The notes under the pieces: generated by a model
Told to the model about the DNA's origin: nothing
Database searches by the model: none
The model's input: only the letters and a program-made list of their open reading frames with translations
Source of the DNA: Octopus vulgaris
Taxonomy: Eukaryota
Reading direction: 5' to 3'
Assembly: GCA_951406725.2 (NCBI GenBank)
Contig: OX597817.1
Location: 85,436,001-85,500,000, forward strand
DNA length: 64,000 bases
In this document: positions 52,266-64,000 of the stretch, in pieces
How positions within the stretch are numbered: position 1 is the first letter of the stretch
Layout of the letters: every line of letters begins with the position of its first letter
Made by a program: the position numbers and the translations under genes

Positions 52266-52679
52266 TCAATGAAACTGCTAGAAAGACCACCCGGATATGG
52301 ACTGACATATAGCTATGAGGTAATGTATGATAGAGGTACTGGTGGTGGGTGGGTCAGTTTGGGTCATAATGTAAAAACAGAAGTTATTGTGAAAGCTGGC
52401 ATTTGAACTTTTGTTTATTACTTTGCTGGGTGGTGTATGTTAAATAGGATCAATGATTATCTCAAGTTGCTCTCTGCAGCTAATACAAAAACAACAATAT
52501 CCTTTAATGTAGGCATTGATTTACTTCATTCTGGGAAAACATAAGAAACATGTGACCAACTGTTTTGTTAGATGTTTATGTGGTTATTCAACTTACATAC
52601 ACCAGTAAAAATATGTAACACATACACACATCTATGCACTAGCATACACCCACACATACGCACACACATCATCATTGTC

Positions 52680-53640
52680 ATCATCATCATTTTAACCTAA
52701 ATTTTTCCATGCTAGCACGAGTTAGATTATTCTGTCATACAGCATATTCATTAGTCATTTCAATCTTTTGTCATGTTACCTTTAAGGCCCAGTACCCTGA
52801 AATCTGACTTCACCATTTGTTCCCATTTCTTCTCAGTCACATGAAAACATTCTACTGTCAGCAGATGGCAGTTTTTTTATCAAGCATTCTTCATCTATTT
52901 TTAACCCATATCTGTGATAGCACAGTCCCTGCTTTGGCACACACCAGCTGATTCTTTTAAATTCCATTGACCCTCAACCAACCTTTCATGTAGATTTACA
53001 TTACATACCTACCACATCATGCTCACCCTCATTTCTCTTCAACCTCTACAAATATTCCACATTCAGTTCCCATGCTTTATTATCATACAGCAGTATACTT
53101 CTTATATCTGCTGTACAGAGTCTGTTTGATACAGAATCAGAAACCATTTGTTGCTTCTATCTTTCCTAGCAACCAAGTTTCCTAGGTAACAGAAATGATC
53201 TGTTACATCCAGTAAAGTTGCTGAGCTGTTCACTGACTTCATTACATGGGTGGCCCTCCTGATAACTACATTTGACAGTTAGCACATTTGAAGTCTGTCA
53301 GTGAGCTTGTTACATGTGTTCTGTACCCATTGATTACCTTGAAAATACAGTTAATTTCTCAACTTTTCCCTTCCTACATCACAGAACCATCTTCCAGATG
53401 ATATAGGAACTCTGTACTCTATCTTATTTTTGGTATTCTGACTCTTGGCCATGCTTCAGTGGTTTTGAAATTTTTCTGTGTCCAACTGATTCTGATACAT
53501 GTTAACAGCACATAAAAGTTAGGATAATCAATCCTTAACTCTTAAAGAATTATAATAAATAGAAAAACTCTGTTGAAAGAGCCTTACTGAACACTTTACT
53601 TTATACATTAAATCCTTACTGAGTTTACTATCAGACTTAA
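52680..53640 (-). mobile_element. highly decayed RTE-like LINE fragment
   Basis: RTE-type tail on the minus strand (GCTAGCATGGAAA..(GAT)n) and weak remnants of the WV..MNLHER and TDHFCYLG motifs. Confidence 0.45.
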
Positions 53641-56032
53641 TCTTGTTTATAACACCCCCCCATGAAGGGCTAGAACAGCTCACATGAGTCATTTATATCA
53701 AGTTTTCTGAATACCAACTATTTTGTGGAATGGTGGGCAGGGGACACAGTTATTTCATAATCAATGAAATCAAAATAATTTTTTTAAAAAACTACTCTTA
53801 CAGTTGCCTCAATATATATAAAATCTGCAGCGACACATTCATGGTAGAAACCCAAACTTACCCCTACTAATTTGTCTTAATTAACTTTGCAAACTTTCAG
53901 TTACTTTCAGGTTCATCAGCCTAGTACCTCTACTAAACTCAGTTCCCCCTCATACTAATCAATGACAATATTTCTATACTACATAAGGGTAACATCTTTA
54001 TAGATTGCTAGATTAATTAAGCAGTCAACAAATATTAACTTACATGGCATCATAGTTTCACTATCTCACCACCTGTCCTTGATGAAGCTGTTTCTTTCTG
54101 CTGTCATTTCTTTAACAGCCTTACTGAAACATACTGAAGTAAATCACAATAGCTAGCTCATCTGTTCATTCCATTTGATCTTGGTATAATCTCTTATTAT
54201 CTCACTTCTCACTCTGACACTTCCTTGAATCTTTCTTGTAACTGTTACTGAAAACAAGTGTGCCACTACCATTCCTGACACACTTCACTTCCCAGTGACA
54301 TACTGTACTTCACATCTCGCACCCTTGTAGCACACAACATTACCTAACTTTCTATTTCCCACCTCTTTCTTAACTAGATACATCTTGCTTCCCACTTAAC
54401 TTCTTGATACCATTTATGTGCCCTCTTATAGAGTTCTAGTTATTGTACTACTCTTCCACCATGCCAGTGCCTACTCCCCCCCACACACACATAAATAGGC
54501 TGTAAGCAGGTTGTCACTGAAGAAAGTTCTACTATTTACTGTTTTAGTTTGTTTTCTTTCTCTCTTTCTTATGCTCTCTCTCTCTCTCCTCCACCTCCTC
54601 CTCCTCCTCTTTCTTCTCTCTCCTTCTACCACCCTATTTAAGTAGATATTACCTAGTCCCCGTTTCAAAGCTATCATAGAAATCTTTCATATTTCATATT
54701 CCCCTCACCCCCACCTCCTGACCACCCTCTCTCATAGTTGTCTTTTACTTTTTAATCTTCATCAACTTCAACCTAATACATTAAATATTAATTTACAGTG
54801 AGGGGAATTTTCCAGACAGGAGAAAGAGTTTGATTGCACGCTGCCTGATTTGTTTCTTGGCAAACAGAAAATCAATCTATTCAAGGATAAGTTCTAAATC
54901 CTCCTACCGACACATTTACAAAGCTTTGAAACTCTATAGATTGGTGGTAAGAGGCTGTATTGATATACAATAGCCATTCATAAGGTTTGCAGGAGAGCAT
55001 ATATAAATGAACTAGTGCTCAAATCAAACATTATGTCAAAAAATTTACTATGGTAAGGTTGGTCCCTATAATAATCTTAAGCCTTGGGGATTTAAGAGTA
55101 TGAATCAGATCTTCCCTATGCCTGTCTAATGTATGTACATGTACATCTCTAGAGATGGCTAAACCATCATCTCTGTATAGGCCAAAGTGTGATTAAAGGT
55201 CCCAGGCACAGGTAGGATGCTTATGTAAGGTTTACAGTCAGTTCTTGGCAAACAGTCAAAGCAACACAGAGGCTGTGGTCTCTGAAGCAGAAGTGTTGCC
55301 CATAAACAATGGAAACACACAGAAATATGTTGGGGTAATAAAGGGGCCCCATGCTAAATAATCACAGATACTCTTTTTGAATCCAAGAGAGGTGTAATGT
55401 TACAATTTTAGCTAGCTATATATGGTGATTAAATGAGGAAAGACTGCTGTACAAATCAGCTGGAAACTGCTGGATTGGCCTTGACTACATCTGAATAGAA
55501 ATAAGTGCTACAAGCTTTGCTTGGCAGAAACGAGAATTATTCTAAAAGAATTCTCCCAGTCTAGTGCTTTTTTGAACTTAAAAGCAAAACATTTAGATGC
55601 TGCCCTGATGAACAAAAATTTGTTTTAAGAACATGGTCATCCTCATTTTCAGACCAAGGAATGACAGATATGTACACATGCACACAGCTGGCAATCTTCA
55701 GCCATGGTTGACAGCATTTCATGAGAGATAATTCTTCTTTCCCTCCCAGAAATTGATATAAATTTTCACTACATTTTGTTTGCTTTTTTTACCAGCCCTG
55801 AGCCAACAAAGACCATGTATACCTCCATCATTAAAGAAACTATAGACTTCCATCCAGCATGTCTGAAGAGTTGTCAATATTGCCAAGTGTAATAGTTAAC
55901 AGAAACTGCTGGTAGCATTCTGAACAGTTATATACCATAGCAAGTAATAATATATAAATATAACCACTCTATTTCACTTTTGGAGTGCACTTTTTTCTGA
56001 TTTATAGACAACAAACTAGTTATATATATATA

Positions 56033-56538
56033 CTAGCAGTATCGCCCGGCATTGCTCGGGTTTGTAAGGGAAATAACTATATAAGCATTTTTAGAGAGTT
56101 ACTTCCCTTATAAATTCGGGCTTTCTTAGCCATTTTTGTTTTGGTGTCTTCAAGCCATGAAGTCGTTGTTCTAAAAGAACGCTGGTTTCCTTCACAACGC
56201 ATTACGACGTTGATTTCTTTACACTCCCTTCCCCACAGCTTCACGAGGGAGGGAAGGGGGAGAAGCAAACAGGTGCAGCTGTGAGCGTGGACGCCAACTC
56301 CACCGCCATCGACATACGATGCATTTTATGCATTAAAATGGAATGAAAAATGATGTTAAATTATTTTTAAAATCGTAGACTCATTGTTGACGCGCGCTAA
56401 TAGTCAGACGGGCTCGATATGAATCACGACTATAAGATACCCGAATTTGGTTAAACTGCACCGCAAAATGTGGGAGGAGTTAGGAATCTAAATCGAAGGG
56501 GACAGACACTCACACAACTAGAGTTTTATATATATAGA
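56033..56538 (-). mobile_element. non-autonomous Helitron
   Basis: minus strand: 5' TC, subterminal hairpin CCCGAGCAATGCCGGG, 3' CTAG; sits between A and T in (TA)n. Confidence 0.85.
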
Positions 56539-57984
56539 TATATATATAATACAAGAAAATAAATATATTTTATGTTTTATAAAAGATACACAGATTTTGC
56601 CAAATTAACTGCCAGGACTGCATAGTTGCTTGTTAAAATATTGTGTAGTCTTATCAATCTGGATAATAATAATAATAATAATAATAAATAATAATGCCAA
56701 TGGCAAGAATAGCAGCCACAGTCATAAATTCTGTCATAAATCAAAGTGAGAGAGGCTTTTGGTCAGATAATTGTCAACTTTATGGTATCAGCTTCAATTT
56801 GCTCTCTAGCAAACAAACAAAGGGTCTGTTGATAGGAATTTCCATAGTCAGTGGTGAGCAAGTACATCTCCTACCTGCACTCTACTACTTGCACACATTA
56901 ACATCCCATATATCATACCCACATACTCATGCACATTATGCCAAGCATAAGTATTCACAAACATATTTATGCATATACCCACACCTATACACATACACAT
57001 ATAGAGAGATATACATGTACATACATATATGTTCACCAAAGCCTCTCAGCATGCATATTGATACATACACACCCGACCAAATAACTCTACATTATCATAT
57101 TAAACCGCAGTCACATTCTAAAGTTACATTGCTCTTCCATCTGTGTATGTGCTTACCAGTTGTCACATGTCAGTGCATAAGTTTGCAGGTATTTACCAAC
57201 AAAAAAGCATTCCGCAGAATATTGTATTATTACATGCAATCTGATTAATCATTCCAGGCACTGTACATATTTGATCCGGTGGTGTTCAGGCCAATGGGCG
57301 CAGCTCATAATTCCATATCATATATCCTATTGTTCCTTGTACTGCTATAATCTGATACTCCATAAAATGTTGTCAATAGAAGCAGAGTCAAGGTATATAT
57401 ACACAGATGAATGGAGTGAGAAACAGACTCATGTATGAATATACAGAGAGGGGTTCTCAGCTATAGGGTATTACAAAATCGTATTACATGTATGAGAATC
57501 ATGAGAATCCCATGTCTAGGCCTTTGTGTTAACCATATGGCCAGTAGCATACTAGTTTACCTCCCTTCAGATATTCCCTGACCTAGTAATTTCAAAAGGT
57601 TCTACTATTTCTGTGTATTTTGCTACATTTATTAAGGTGTTTACTACCAGCTAATATAATCTCCAATCCTTCCTTAGTACATAATCCACAAGGAAGCCTA
57701 CTTCCTCAGTAAAGTATAGTGTGTCCTAACACTGACCAGTTCAATCTACAGCCAACCTTAGAATCATCCAAGTTATAAATCTACAAAACTAGTGAAGCAG
57801 CTGCATATATCTATATACACAGCTGCACACAGCTGCATAGAATACATTGTTTCACAGAGTTAACTGTGCTGCCTAGCACTTAACACCATTCATTGTATTT
57901 TTTTATAAACACTGAGGAGGTAATTCATAAGATTATATAACGTTTCAACAAGTATAATTATATAAATATAACCTGTTTTCTGTA

Positions 57985-58985
57985 TTAAATATGTTCACTG
58001 ATCTCTCTCTCAACAACACTCCGCATGTAATAGTCCAATGGATTCAGATCTGGGGAATTAGGATGCCAAATGTTAGGGGTTATGTGATCATGAAAATTTT
58101 CAGCCATCCATTCCTGAGTTACTAGAGCCATGTGTGATACTGCAGAGACTTTCTGAAACACATATGGCCTTCCATTGCATACACTGTCTATCCAGGGCTT
58201 AAGAATTATTTCCAGAACATCGATGTAGATAAGAGAGTTAACTCTATGACCTTGTGGAAAGAAGTAAGGAAGCATCACATGTCCTTCATTTCTGAAAATC
58301 CCTAAAACGATGATAGTTGCAGGAAATTTTGTATGCATAACACTTGGAACTTCAGAACGGTCTGCACATAACCATCTGTCATTTCTTTTCTTAACATTTT
58401 GATTTTTGCTGAAGTTTTTCTCGTTTGAGAAAAACCAAATCAAATCTTCTTCTGCTGGATTTTTCAGTTATTTTAAGAGCCTTTTAGATCTGATGTAGTG
58501 ATTTCCATTTGTTTTTTCAGACAAATTGACCTTTCCTTATCATATAAGACTTATATCTGATGTCTTTGTGAACAACATTTCTGACTATTCCTTCTGACAC
58601 ATGGAGATCTTTTGCAATTGATCTCATGGACTTTCTGGGATTGTAATCAATGGTCTGTCAAACTTGTTGGATAAACTCATGTGTTCTGATGTTTTCAGAG
58701 TGTTTAGAATGCTTTTTATGCTTTGATACTGGTGATACGTTTCCATCTTCAGTCTCTAGTTCCTTGCAAACTTTGTAGACAAAAGATCTGGCAACTTTTA
58801 AAAATCAAGATATTTCTAAATCGCTATGCTCAGCCTTTATAACCACAATAACAGCATGCCTCTTCATTTCCTGAATAAGCTGAGGGTGTGCCATTATTAT
58901 TTTCTGAAACAAAGATTATACAGAGTCAACAAAAAATGCAGCAATGACCCAAAATGATATGTCCTCAAATACCTCATGAACCCTG
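57985..58985 (-). mobile_element. DD37D (maT-like) transposon relic, 3'-truncated
   Basis: ATG at 58894 (MAHPQLIQEMKRHAVI..); WFFSNEKNF, YVFQKVSAVSH and WHPNSPDLNPLDYY with 37 aa between catalytic positions 2 and 3; terminus CAGGG preceded by TA. Confidence 0.8.
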
Positions 58986-59116
58986 TATATCTGTTAAAAT
59001 GAGATGTCAGTGTTCTTTTCATTTTTGCATAATTTATTCACTGCACCCTGTGTGTGTGTATATATATATATATATATACACATGTATGCACATATATATA
59101 CATATATATATATATG

Positions 59117-59206
<90 letters not shown>

Positions 59207-59220
59207 CAATTATATATAAC

Positions 59221-59252
<32 letters not shown>

Positions 59253-59257
59253 CATAT

Positions 59258-59758
59258 TATAAAGTAAGAGCAGGAAAAATTACATCAAAACATCACAGAA
59301 AATATACATCCATAATATAAATAATATTGTAGTAATAGATAAATATATAAAGTATGATTGTTTAAAAGGTTTGAGATATCTTACAATTGTTTCATGACTG
59401 TATTACCCTTCGAAATGAAATCCAAAACTAATAATCATTATTAGGTAATACATCCACTCATCAAAAAAAAAGGACGAATTTTCATGTAGTCAATCAAATG
59501 AGAGAGATGTAGTAATCCATAATGGATTACTACAAAGGATTTTTCCATGGATTTATATTATCTTTTCAAAATTTTAAACCCAAGTTTGTACCAATGCACA
59601 TCTATACCAATAACTTTTTTAAACAACATCTTTATCATACATTTTTAAATGACATCTTTCTCATTCGATTGACTACACAGAAATTCATCCTTTTCTCTTC
59701 AAGAGCACTTATTCGAAATTCAGTATACTGTATTCTCATTGAATATATTCGATTAACT
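59258..59758 (-). mobile_element. (TA)n-flanked non-coding element with a hammerhead motif (pLTR/retrozyme-like)
   Basis: microsatellite on both sides; internal inverted repeat (~59472-59510 / 59652-59690); palindrome TGTAGTAATCCATAATGGATTACTACA. Confidence 0.55.
59378..59468 (-). ncRNA. hammerhead ribozyme-like motif (C3U variant)
   Basis: minus strand uUGAUGA, stem II GUGGAUGUAUUACC/GGUAAUACAGUCAU, GAAA, palindrome ACAAUUGU, then A; stem I is weak. Confidence 0.6.
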
Positions 59759-59787
59759 ATATATATATATCTATATCTATCTATCTA

Positions 59788-59842
<55 letters not shown>

Positions 59843-59855
59843 ATGTATATATATA

Positions 59856-59891
<36 letters not shown>

Positions 59892-59892
<1 letters not shown>

Positions 59893-61025
59893 TAGCTGGT
59901 GTACCCAGTAATTCCTGGAAGTAATGATGTTCTATTGAAATGCCTTATTATTCTGATATGAGAAAGCAATTTCATTATAACTGCCACAAAAGGTGTATTT
60001 TCCATCACAAAAAAGTACAAAAACTGTCAGCTGGAGGAGGGAGAGATTCTTGGAGGTTGATGAGAGAGGTTTTCAGAGGTTGGCGAGAAAGATTGTCGGA
60101 GGTTGGCGAGAGGCAAAGACATTATTTTTGCTTAGCAAAGGCATCTGGGAAATGTATAATTGCTGTCATTCACAGAAAAACTATTGTTTTACCATGAGAA
60201 AAGCACTGTTGAAGTGTTAATTGAAATTTGGCAATCGAGGATCGAATCCATGCTATGTCTGCATGAAGCCACTACAAATTTGCCTTGGAATAAAAAATTT
60301 ATCTACTGTGATGGAAAAAGTCAAACTGTAAAATGCAGAATTATCAGAGTAATGGGCATTCAAAAAAGTATGTATGTATAGAAATGTTTAATGTTTAAAA
60401 CTCAAATTGAGGAAGTGCAATAATAATGTTTAGCAGTTCAAAACTGTAAGTAGTGAAATGCAGAATTAGGTTGGCTGTGAGAATCACATATTGATCACTT
60501 CGCTAAAATCTGCTGGGTTATTTCCCTTAGGTTGTTTAAATAAAATATTAGAAATATGTAGTAGATAGAAGGATCCATTAGAAGGGCCCTATTATCAATT
60601 TTTTTAACAATCTAAGTATGTCATGAGGTTTCCAGACATGGGTTCTACCCATGTGTCAAATAAAGTATAAAAGTGATATTGTCTGCAAAAATTAGAAATA
60701 GGACACACAAAAAATCAATATTCAAAGTAATCAAACACAAACTATGAAATGAGTTATTTCCCTTGAGTGTTTAAAAAATATTGTACAGGTGCTATGGGTT
60801 ATTTCTCTTAAGTGTTTAAAAAAGTTAGTTATATGAGGTAGATATAAAAGTCCCTTCCAGGGGCCATATTATCGATTGTTTCAACAATCTAAGTATGTCA
60901 CAAAGTTTCCAGACATGAGTTCTACTCACGTGTTATGTTTCATTAAAATCAATAAAACGATGTTGGAGGAGTTAGCTAACAATGCCACAAACAAACACAC
61001 ACTGATTTTCCACATATGTAGTAGA
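59892..61025 (-). mobile_element. non-autonomous Helitron (older, internal partial duplications)
   Basis: minus strand begins TCTACTAC and ends with a decayed hairpin plus CTAG; repeated GGGTTATTTCCCTT and AACAATCTAAGTATGTCA blocks. Confidence 0.65.
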
Positions 61026-61029
61026 TATA

Positions 61030-61404
61030 TCTCTCTCTATATAAACGGCAGTTTGTCTGTGTGTGTTTCTGTGTGTCTGTTAGCTTGTACCCTCACCCTG
61101 ACCACGGCTTTCAACCGATTCTGATGAAACTTAACACACACATAGCCCAATGTCATAATTCAAAACTAACGCAGAGAAAATTTTGAAAAGTTCCCCCAGT
61201 TCTGAAAAAAATCGATAAATTCGACATGGGGTCGAGAATCAGAAACACAAACCACAGACTGTCTAGGGGACGCAACTCGACCGTTTTAACTCTCAAAAAA
61301 AAATTTACCATAATTTTTTTTCCATTTTTTTGGCTATAACTCTCTAAAAATGCTTTATAGTTATTTCCCTTACAAACCCGAGCAACGCCGGGTGATACTG
61401 CTAG
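61030..61404 (+). mobile_element. non-autonomous Helitron
   Basis: A|TC start, hairpin CCCGAGCAACGCCGGG, CTAG|T end; last ~70 bp shared with 56033-56538. Confidence 0.88.
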
Positions 61405-61414
61405 TATATATATA

Positions 61415-61456
<42 letters not shown>

Positions 61457-61744
61457 CAGAGAGAGAGGTAGGTAGGTAGATAGGTAGGTAGGTAGGTAGG
61501 CAGACAGACAAATAGATAGATAGATAGATAGATAAAGACATACATAATAGATGCATAGAAAGATATATATATATACACACACACCACTGGCTGAATAAAT
61601 TATCAGCTAAAATTTGGAATCCCAAACTAATTCTATTTACATGTTTGTGTATGTATGCATATTTATGTATGTGTGTATACAGGTATTGCACAGACACACG
61701 CATCCAATCAATATGATCTACAGAGATTTGCACATGCACACACA

Positions 61745-61789
<45 letters not shown>

Positions 61790-62229
61790 CACTGTTCACA
61801 TTCCTTTCCCATTTTATCATGGGTGGAGCCAGGTTTTTGTTTGTGTTAGAGTAATTTGTTTTTCCAGCTGGATGCCCATCCTACTGCTAATCACACACCA
61901 TGAATGACGATTAAAACTTGTTTTTCCAAGAAAAATTGAGACAAATAGATTGTAACCAGGGTACAAACACAATAACTATGGTAAAGTTTGAATTCCTGAG
62001 CACGTGTCAGTATTGCAACTCATTAAATTTTGTGTGTGTGTGTGAGTGTGAATGTGTATGCATGCATGTGTGTTTGTGTGTTAGTTTGTCTGGGTGTGCA
62101 TGTGTTTATGTGTGCATATACATTGGTGTGTAATTAATTGTATGTGTGTGTTTGTGTGTGTGTGTCCTGCTTCCTCTTTTGACTGAAACAAGTAAAAGAG
62201 TATTTACATACATATATATATATATACTA

Positions 62230-62600
62230 TTCTTTTATTTTTTCAGTCCTTTGACTATGGCCATACTAGAGTGCCACCTTGAGGGGTTTTAGTCAAACAA
62301 ATCAATCCCTAGACTTATTCTTTGTAAGCCTAGTACTTATTTTATCAGTCTCTTTTGCCAAACTGCTAAGTTACGGGGATATAAACACCAACATCAGTTG
62401 TCCCTGGGTAGGGATAACACAGACGCAAACACACAAATATATACATATATCTATTCATACGATAGGTTTCTTTCAGTTTCTGTCTACCAAATCCACTCAT
62501 GAGGCTTTGGTTGGTCCAAGGCTACAGAAGAAGATACTTGCTCAAGGTGTCACGCAGTGGGACTGAACCTGGAACCATGTGGTTGAGAAGCAAGCCACAC
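62230..62600 (-). mobile_element. SINE family A (decayed)
   Basis: reverse-complement match. Confidence 0.75.
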
Positions 62601-62620
62601 ATGTGTTGTATGTATATATA

Positions 62621-62886
62621 GGAGGAGACCCCCTTTGGTCATGAATGACCATGGGATTGCACCTAGAAAGTTACCCTCTGAGGCACAAGTCCAGTTAAGG
62701 TTGTTTGTGGAAGGCCAGCAGTTGCCCAAGCATACCACAACTCATTTCTACAGCTGAGTTAACTAGAGCAATATGAAATAAAGTGTCCATGCTCAAGAAC
62801 ACAACACGCAGCCCGGTCCAGGAATCGAACTCACAACCTCACAATCATAAACTTGACGCTCTAACCACTGAGCCATGCACCTTCAC
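62621..62886 (-). mobile_element. tRNA-derived SINE family C
   Basis: minus-strand A box TGGCTCAGTGG and B box GAGTTCGATTCC, followed by a non-tRNA body. Confidence 0.75.
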
Positions 62887-62887
62887 A

Positions 62888-62930
<43 letters not shown>

Positions 62931-62931
<1 letters not shown>

Positions 62932-63207
62932 ATGCTGCATTCATGTTGAAGGAGCATTCAAAATATTGCCAAAAAAAATACTACCTGGATTAACCTGGGA
63001 TTATACTTAAGAACCTATACCCTCATGGAAGTATGGATCAACCTCCATACCGTCTCTGGAGATGCTAACCTATCACTATAGATATCCCAGAAACAGCTGT
63101 AAGACATCCAATAATTAATTAATTACTTCGCTTTACACTAATTAGATATTCTAAATGACTTGAGATACTCGTCCTACCTTGGTTTTTGTTGTCCTTTTCC
63201 CTTTAAG
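62931..63207 (+). mobile_element. short (TA)n-flanked non-coding element with a hammerhead motif
   Basis: (TA)n on both sides; pyrimidine-rich 3' end; hammerhead motif in the middle. Confidence 0.55.
63052..63105 (+). ncRNA. hammerhead ribozyme-like motif (A6G variant)
   Basis: stem I GUCU/AGAC, core CUGGAGA, stem II UG..UAUC/GAUA..CA, GAAA, palindrome ACAGCUGU, then A. Confidence 0.65.
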
Positions 63208-64000
63208 ATATATATATATATATATACATATATATGCACACACAAAAGCTAACATAGAAACTTAGAAACTCAACATAGCCTTTCAGCTAACAGAACCTAT
63301 CAAGTCAACGAACCCATGCCAGCATGGAAAGTGGCTGTTAAATGATACTGATGATGATATACATTCATGCATACATTCATACATACATGCATACACACAC
63401 ACACATTTGCACACATGTATGTACATGTGTGTGTGTGTGTACATGTATGCTGAAAATTTTTCTCTATGTTGACTCTTTCCTGTAAACACATTGAATATTG
63501 TATACATTTTACTGCTGTAATGCTCACTCACATTTGTTTTTTTCTTTTTTTTTCTGCAATTTAAGTTTTCATTAATCATCAACTTCCTCTCCTTAAAGAT
63601 TAAATCAACCTAAAAACCAAACATTATTCCTGGTGTGCATACATCACCCCACCACAAACATCCATAAGCTACTTAGTTCCATAGAGTGAGATAGCTTCAC
63701 TTTCTGTCCCCTTATGAACCTTCACTAGTAGTTTTTCCCTTATCCTTCAATCTCTTCTTCGCACTGATTCCAGTTGTATACATTCAGTAAATGTAGACAA
63801 AGTAGTAATACTGATAAATTTGTATGAAAATGTATTTACAAACATATATCCTATGTTTATTACTTCCTGGAGTCTGCCTTTTCATTCAGAAACAAAACAC
63901 ATCATTGCCAACAGAGTCACTAGTTCTCTAAACTTCAACTGTATATTCCAAGCCATACTTGTTATTTTATCACTCACTCCACCTTCGTTGTTAATCATGT

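Noticed and set aside
56694-57248. 184-aa ORF
   Set aside because: Low-complexity CA/TA-rich sequence with no domain or splice support
61118-61130. CTGATGAAAC hammerhead-like word
   Set aside because: Part of the Helitron 5' subterminal sequence; no stems
62800-62886. tRNA gene
   Set aside because: A and B boxes are present, but there is no complete cloverleaf and it continues into a SINE body
4471-63582. Numerous ORFs rich in HT/YI/CV/IIII repeats
   Set aside because: They are translations of (CA)n, (TA)n and (TAA)n microsatellites and SINE bodies, not genes

Overview
AT-rich, microsatellite-dense eukaryotic DNA. The SINE families suggest an octopus or related cephalopod (inference). The only host coding sequence I can support is two short plus-strand ankyrin-repeat exons (1437-1565 and 43919-44025). 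Neither is in the ORF track; they splice in frame across a ~42.4-kb intron. The rest is intronic and packed with mobile elements: a Tc1-like element with DD36E spacing, a DD37D mariner-like relic, a PR/RT-deleted Gypsy LTR element nested in an R4/Dong-like LINE, a second Gypsy fragment, a solo LTR, RTE/CR1-like LINE fragments, three non-autonomous Helitrons, MITEs and many tRNA-derived SINEs. Highlights: (1) a ~2.2-kb palindrome of two inverted Penelope-like GIY-YIG/pLTR ends, each carrying a minimal hammerhead ribozyme with a palindromic stem III; (2) two more hammerhead motifs of the same architecture but different sequence in short non-coding (TA)n-flanked elements (retrozyme-like); (3) an ORF1-only (HAL1-like) retroposon inserted into the tRNA-derived head of a SINE with a 17-bp TSD. 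All alignments and folds were done by eye.
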